Notes under the pieces: generated by a model
Seen by the model: the letters and a program-made list of their open reading frames with translations, nothing else
Database searches by the model: none
Told to the model about the DNA's origin: nothing
Origin: Methanocella sp.
GTDB taxonomy: Archaea; Thermoproteota; Bathyarchaeia; Bathyarchaeales; Bathycorpusculaceae
Direction of reading: 5' to 3'
Assembly: GCA_050261115.1 (NCBI GenBank)
Contig: JBLNCY010000035.1
Span: forward strand, 1 to 23,919
Length of the DNA stretch: 23,919 nucleotides
Made by a program: the position numbers and the translations under genes
In this document: one piece after another, positions 19,126-23,919 of the stretch
Position numbering within the stretch: the first letter of the stretch is position 1
Layout of the letters: every line of letters begins with the position of its first letter

Positions 19126-20228
19126 TACTTTGCGCCTCGTTTTGCATAGTTTTGTAGGTTGAAGCCTCGGGCATTGAGCCACTCGGCGGTCTTGCCAGTT
19201 ATAACTACTGGCGTTTCAGCTAAATCCGCAATTTTTTCTGCTCCTGTTAGGAACATTACGTTTCGGAGCTCCTCGATTAGACATTGGAGCTTCTGCTCTG
19301 TCTCTTGGGCGCCTTTTACGGCTGTCTGCAGAATCGGCTGCACGACACTAGCCATGTCCGCATTTAGGGCAAGAGCCTTGGCGATGTCGACGCCGCCGCG
19401 GACTCCGCCTGAAGCGATTACCGGGAGTTTTACTGTTTGCGCCGTCTCGATGAGGCTGATGGCGGTGGGTATCCCCCAGTCCCAGAGGGCCTCACCTACG
19501 GAATGCTGGGTTTCATCCTCTTTTTTGGGGGTGCGCTGGTATTCAACTGCCGCAAAGCTTGTGCCGCCGACTCCACCGATGTCGATGGCTGCTACGCCGG
19601 CCTGCTCAAGGGCTTTGGCGTCTTCGGCTGAGATGCCTGCACCTGTTTCCTTGACTAGGACAGGTTGATCTATGGCGCCTGCGATTTCGGCGATTTTTGC
19701 GAGCACACCTTTAAAGTTGGTTTGTCCTTCGGGCTGCACGACTTCCTGGAGCGCGTTGAGGTGAATCGCAACGGCGTCAGCGTCTATCATTTCGACTATA
19801 CGCTTAACTTCCTTAACGCCATAGCCGTGGACTAGTTGAACGCCGCCTATGTTGGCGATGAGAAAAGCGTTGGGCGCTTTTTCTCGGGCAACACTGTAGG
19901 TACGTTCGAGGCTGCGGTTTTCGATAGCGGCTCGTTGGCTTCCCAGCCCCATGCCTAAACCCAGTTTTTCTGTGGCTTGGGCTATGGCGCTGTTGATTTG
20001 GACGGCTTCCTCTGTGCCGCCAGTCATGGCGCCTACAATGATTGGAGCGTTGAATTTTTTTCCTAAAAAGGTGGTTGCAAGTGTGATTTTGGCTTTGTCT
20101 ATTTCTGGCAACGCGCGATGAACCAGATGGATGTCTTCAAAGCCCGCGGTGACTTTTCTTGCTTGCGCTTTGTCACCTAAACAGATGCGGATATGCTCGA
20201 TTTTGCGCTTGCCAGTGGCTTGGGCCAT
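19125..20228 (-). CDS. fni: Type 2 (FMN-dependent) isopentenyl-diphosphate delta-isomerase
   Basis: RKIEHI, GAMTGG, GSQRAA, HLNALQEVVQPEG, VKETGAG, GGTSF and SGGVRGG motifs. Confidence 0.95.
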   Translation of the reverse strand: MAQATGKRKIEHIRICLGDKAQARKVTAGFEDIHLVHRALPEIDKAKITLATTFLGKKFNAPIIVGAMTGGTEEAVQINSAIAQATEKLGLGMGLGSQRAAIENRSLERTYSVAREKAPNAFLIANIGGVQLVHGYGVKEVKRIVEMIDADAVAIHLNALQEVVQPEGQTNFKGVLAKIAEIAGAIDQPVLVKETGAGISAEDAKALEQAGVAAIDIGGVGGTSFAAVEYQRTPKKEDETQHSVGEALWDWGIPTAISLIETAQTVKLPVIASGGVRGGVDIAKALALNADMASVVQPILQTAVKGAQETEQKLQCLIEELRNVMFLTGAEKIADLAETPVVITGKTAEWLNARGFNLQNYAKRGAK

Positions 20229-20229
20229 T

Positions 20230-21036
20230 TTACGCCTTCTCTATTTCAGTGCCTAAGACACTCTGGTCTGTTAAGGCTCTGTAGATAGATAACCCTTTTG
20301 TGGCCCCCGTAATAGTAACATGTACGCCAGCTTCGACTGCGGGGATAAGTTCCGCGATTTTGCTTGCCATACCCCCTGTTACGTCGGTGCCTTGAGCTTT
20401 GCCGAGTTTAGGCTGGAGCTCTTTTAGTTCTTTGAGGTTTAGTTTTTTGAAGGGTTTGGCGTTTGAGTTGGTTTTGGGATCAGAATCGAATAGCCCGTCT
20501 GTGTCTGTTCCAATTACGATTTTGGTTGCGTTATACTTGAGCGCCAAGTAGGTGACGAGTTGGTCACCGCTTAAAATGGTGAAGCCCAATTTCTCGTCAA
20601 AGACACAGTCGCCATACATTACGGGCGTGTATAATAGTTTTGCGAGGCGTTGCAGGACGGTTTCGTCGAATAGTTTGACTTTTCCGTTTTCGGTTACGAT
20701 GCAACTTGAAGGAGCGATGCTTACGGCTGGAAGTTCATGCCAAATCAAAGAGTCCATGACAAGACCATTTAGGACGGTCATCATGTGGTGTGTTTCGGCG
20801 AAACCGAATTTTTGGGTTGGGTCGTCTTCCTTGTAGCCGTCTTTGATGCCGTATTTGGCTGCGGTTGGGTGACCAAAGCTTCCGCCGCCATGAACTATGA
20901 TGAGGTTATCTAGGTCTGCTCGCTTTATTTCTTCGGCTAATCGGTTGATTATGTCTGTTCGGGGCTTTGCCTCTTCAGCTTTGTCTGTTATGGCTGAGCC
21001 GCCTAGTTTTAGTATGATGGGTCTTGCATCGTTCAT
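20230..21036 (-). CDS. ipk: Isopentenyl phosphate kinase (amino-acid kinase superfamily)
   Basis: LKLGGSAITDK, HGGGSFGH (IPK-diagnostic His), SGD and DVTGGM motifs; immediately upstream of fni. Confidence 0.93.
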   Translation of the reverse strand: MNDARPIILKLGGSAITDKAEEAKPRTDIINRLAEEIKRADLDNLIIVHGGGSFGHPTAAKYGIKDGYKEDDPTQKFGFAETHHMMTVLNGLVMDSLIWHELPAVSIAPSSCIVTENGKVKLFDETVLQRLAKLLYTPVMYGDCVFDEKLGFTILSGDQLVTYLALKYNATKIVIGTDTDGLFDSDPKTNSNAKPFKKLNLKELKELQPKLGKAQGTDVTGGMASKIAELIPAVEAGVHVTITGATKGLSIYRALTDQSVLGTEIEKA

Positions 21037-21607
21037 CGTAATCGCTAACCTAACTATGTCTTTTTAAGTTCTGGTTATTTAACGTTGCAGTCTCCGCTAT
21101 GGCACATAATGTACAGAAATAGTATTGACTGCGCATATTTTTGGCTGTGTATGTTTAATTATGCACATTTCGATGGGTAATTTGTCTCCACAGTTGTTGA
21201 GAAGCTTTCGGTAGTTACAATGTGGTTTTCTGGATTTGTCTTAGTGGTGGGGAGTAAATTAAGGCGACGCGACAGTAAATGTTCCTCAGCAAGAGCATCT
21301 ATCTTTTGGCGCAGCGCCTCATTGTTGTCTGCATTTGCAGCTAAAAACGGTAACACTCATACACTTTTTCTAGCCGTCTCCAACTCGGCATGGGATGCTT
21401 CCTTGCCTGCCATCCAAGATAGCTTCCCCAACCCAAATCAGAGCACCAGAGGGGAGTAAAGATATAGATTTGTGGTGTCAAAAAACCACCACGAAACTGA
21501 ACAAACCATAGCTGACTGATGTATCTAAGTGCATGAGCCTGAATTAGGGTTTCACTCAGGGAAACCTTGGTATGGGATGCGTCTGTTGCTTTGTCGAGGG
21601 ACCACCC

Positions 21608-21647
21608 TATATATAGAGTCAACTTTGGTTGAACTTGGGGCTTGAAA
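21608..21647 (-). promoter_or_regulatory. Intergenic motif copy B: TTTCAAG..AAGTTCAACCA..TGACTCTATATATA
   Basis: 14-nt exact match (TGACTCTATATATA) to 15340-15353 plus shared TTTCAAG and GTTnAACC at similar spacing. Confidence 0.45.
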
Positions 21648-21669
21648 GCTGGGCATTGTCGCTGCTGTT

Positions 21670-22920
21670 TTAGAGAAGGAAGGGTAAGGCTATGCCTGCC
21701 AGTACGAGGGCAAGGCAAGCCACCGACACTACCACAGTAATCCGGTAAATGGCTGTTTCACTGAGTTTTTTGCCTGCAGCTCTCTTGAGTACAATGTTGA
21801 AGATTCTGCCGCCGTCGAGTGGATAAATGGGTAGTGCGTTAAAGATTGCCACGTTAAAGTTGACAAACCATACCCAGAAGAGCAGGTTTGCAATTATCGA
21901 CCAGCTTGGGCCTATGGGGCTTGTGTAGAATTGGGACAGTAGGTCTGAGTAGGGTACAAAGTTTGAGGCTAAGGTGGGCGGAATTAGGTATAGTGAGAGG
22001 CTTTGGAGAGAGAATTGGTTGTAGTTGTTTAGGACTTCTTGGGTTTGGAGGTTGTATACCATTACACCCATGACTGTTCGGTTTTCCGAAGTTGCCAGGG
22101 TCAGGTTGGTTGTGTACATGTCCTGCCAGCCGTCGCCTCTCCGAACTGTAACCGTCACATTATCCCCCGCGCTATAGGTGTCTAGAACAGTCCTCAAATC
22201 GTTCGAGTTGTTGATAGTTATGTTATCTATGGATACCAGGACATCTCGGGCCATTAACCCCGCCTCCACCGCAGGCAGATCCTCGGTAACAGAGCTTACG
22301 TAGACGCCCGAAACAATCGGCGACAGGCTCCCCACAAGAACCAGCAGCCCCAACAGACAGACCATGCCCACAAGGACGTTTCCTCCGACTCCGGCAGCCA
22401 TCACCTTCAGGGAGGGTTTGGCTTTTGCTTTCTTTAGTTGCTCCTCATCTACGTCCACGAAGGCACCGATAGGGATTATTAGGAAAAATAGTAGACCGCT
22501 TGATTTTACGTTGAACCCGTTGCTTCTTGCGATGATACCGTGTGCGCCTTCATGGATCACAATGGCAGCAACGATCGCTAGCCAGCCATAGACGATGGGT
22601 AGCATTGGGTTGATACCGGGAAGCAGTAGAACCGAGCCGACACCTAAGTCCTGTACAACCTGTCCAACGGCGGGGTTATTGATCAGGGCAATTAAGGCAG
22701 AGGTTATGAGGAATAGAGCGATAGCAGCTACAAAGGGGACTAGGGCAAGGAAGAACCAGCCGAGGTATTTTGCGCCGCGCGTTTGTCCAAGCTTATCGAA
22801 TATGAAGGCAAATCGTTTGGTCCTAAGTATAAGTAGGGGGAAATTGAATTCAACCCTTTTCTCTTGCGGTTGATCTTGATTTTCGGATGGAGTTTCTTCT
22901 TTGGGTATGTCTTGTGCCAA
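21670..22920 (-). CDS. Site-2 protease (peptidase M50) with PDZ domain
   Basis: HEGAH zinc motif within a TM segment, GAFV, AAGVGGN, PDZ-like PAVEAGL...DVLVSID, NALPIYPLDGG. True start probably TTG 22920; the ORF extension to 23079 looks non-coding. Confidence 0.9.
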   Translation of the reverse strand: MAQDIPKEETPSENQDQPQEKRVEFNFPLLILRTKRFAFIFDKLGQTRGAKYLGWFFLALVPFVAAIALFLITSALIALINNPAVGQVVQDLGVGSVLLLPGINPMLPIVYGWLAIVAAIVIHEGAHGIIARSNGFNVKSSGLLFFLIIPIGAFVDVDEEQLKKAKAKPSLKVMAAGVGGNVLVGMVCLLGLLVLVGSLSPIVSGVYVSSVTEDLPAVEAGLMARDVLVSIDNITINNSNDLRTVLDTYSAGDNVTVTVRRGDGWQDMYTTNLTLATSENRTVMGVMVYNLQTQEVLNNYNQFSLQSLSLYLIPPTLASNFVPYSDLLSQFYTSPIGPSWSIIANLLFWVWFVNFNVAIFNALPIYPLDGGRIFNIVLKRAAGKKLSETAIYRITVVVSVACLALVLAGIALPFLL

Positions 22921-23109
22921 ACTGAAACGCTCATAAAGATGCAGGTGCTCTAAAAAATAAACATAGCGTAAAACATACTGCAATTGCCTTTTAGTGTATA
23001 ACATCGAGTTTGGACATCTGGTTCTTAAGCCAGACTGAGAATGAGTGTTTGAGAAGGAAGGAGAAGGCTTAATGTACAAGCTTAAACTAGCGGTGTTCCG
23101 AGCGTCCTA

Positions 23110-23418
23110 TTGATGCTCATGGGCACCATTGACTGTATAACCACAGCTATCGGCTTACATTACTTTGGCGCCGTGGAGCTCAGTCCAATCATGGCAGGCA
23201 TAGTGCACAACATCCCCTTGCTTATGGCTCTTAAGCTTACGGCAACCTTCTGCATAGGCTTCACCTGCCTGTTAGCAGCTAAAACCCTAAACAACGCACA
23301 AGACAAGACCACACGGAGCTTTCGGTATGGTAATATCGGCGTAAAGGTTGCCTCAACAGGCTTAGTTGCATTCATGTTTGTGGTTGTAGCAAACAACCTT
23401 ATAGTGCGCCTAGCCTAA
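23110..23418 (+). CDS. Small membrane protein (DUF5658-like), 5' end possibly frameshifted
   Basis: D..TT.IG....GAVELSP motif, LKL, C-terminal VV.NN; three hydrophobic helices. The best RBS/ATG (23072) is out of frame. Confidence 0.6.
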   Translation: MMLMGTIDCITTAIGLHYFGAVELSPIMAGIVHNIPLLMALKLTATFCIGFTCLLAAKTLNNAQDKTTRSFRYGNIGVKVASTGLVAFMFVVVANNLIVRLA

Positions 23419-23542
23419 TCACCTGCTTTTGGAAAGTTATGGCTGTAATTAGTCTTATTAGCCGCTAAGGTGGTAGGAAGCCGATTGAGCGGAGTCACAA
23501 TAGTTTGATAAATGCTTAACTTAGATATAGCTCGCCTACAGG

Positions 23543-23566
23543 ACTCTTGTGTTCAACACCAAGAGT
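23543..23566. promoter_or_regulatory. Near-perfect inverted repeat (possible operator or hairpin)
   Basis: ACTCTTG-TGTTCAACA-C-CAAGAGT directly before TAAAATA and about 60 nt upstream of ATG 23628. Confidence 0.35.
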
Positions 23567-23627
23567 TAAAATAAAGAAACGCTTAACTGTAAAAGCACAC
23601 CTAATAGTAAGGTTGAGAGGACAAAAG

Positions 23628-23919
23628 ATGCCGTTCAATCTATTCCACAAAAAGAAACAGCCAGAACAGCAAACACTAATAAAACAACCAGAGCAGCCGC
23701 CACAAACAACCGTTCCAGAGGTAACTCCCGTTGAGGAACCACAACCCGCACAAGACGCCGCACCAGCACCAGAACAGGCTAATGAAGCAACCAAAGAAGA
23801 ACAAACCCCCACAGCAGCAGAGCAGACGGCATCTATGCAGGAGCAACCCCAAGAAGCACCTTCACCTATACCCCAAGAACAAACCGAACCAGAACCAACA
23901 ACAGAAACCCCTGCACCAG
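23628..23919 (+). CDS. 5' part of a protein with a Pro/Gln/Glu/Thr-rich disordered N-terminus (runs off the window)
   Basis: GAGGA RBS, then MPFNLFHKKKQPEQQTLIKQPEQPPQTTVPEVTPVEEPQ..., open to the window end; not in the ORF track. Confidence 0.65.
   Translation, partial: MPFNLFHKKKQPEQQTLIKQPEQPPQTTVPEVTPVEEPQPAQDAAPAPEQANEATKEEQTPTAAEQTASMQEQPQEAPSPIPQEQTEPEPTTETPAP

Noticed and set aside
21387-21582. Short direct repeat GGYATGGGATGC at about 21387 and 21569
   Set aside because: Two copies of about 12 nt with no regular array or element ends; compatible with chance.
21670-22920. Site-2 protease as the processing peptidase for the Cys-tail protein
   Set aside because: It lies more than 13 kb away and M50-PDZ proteases are common archaeal housekeeping genes; there is no evidence of linkage.

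Overview
Archaeal chromosomal segment (rps8e, srp19, archaeal GluRS and archaeal isoprenoid genes). The gene content suggests a TACK lineage such as Bathyarchaeia, but that is inference. The backbone is isoprenoid and translation housekeeping: mevalonate kinase, the three genes specific to the modified archaeal (Aeropyrum-type) mevalonate pathway (UbiD-family decarboxylase and both aconitase-X subunits), and ipk-fni-polyprenyl synthase-gltX-srp19, plus rps8e. katG and an orphan membrane gene lie in the opposite orientation between mvk and the UbiD gene. The most striking feature is a tightly coupled minus-strand operon (8260->4946). It encodes a small Zn-ribbon membrane protein, then a 539-aa signal-peptide/single-TM protein whose only 10 cysteines sit in a C-terminal (Cys-Ala)n tail (CVCACAACACACACVSCACACAGGGGR), then a radical SAM/SPASM enzyme with an N-terminal PqqD/RRE-like domain. 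This looks like a RiPP-type maturase acting on a core peptide fused to a membrane protein. Directly downstream is an unusual HAD phosphatase + polyprenol-kinase fusion. Also noted: a 59-aa CooT gene absent from the ORF track, a ~40-bp motif shared by two intergenic regions, and a likely frameshifted small membrane gene. No rRNA, tRNA, CRISPR array or mobile element was recognised. All family calls come from reading motifs by eye; no searches were run.
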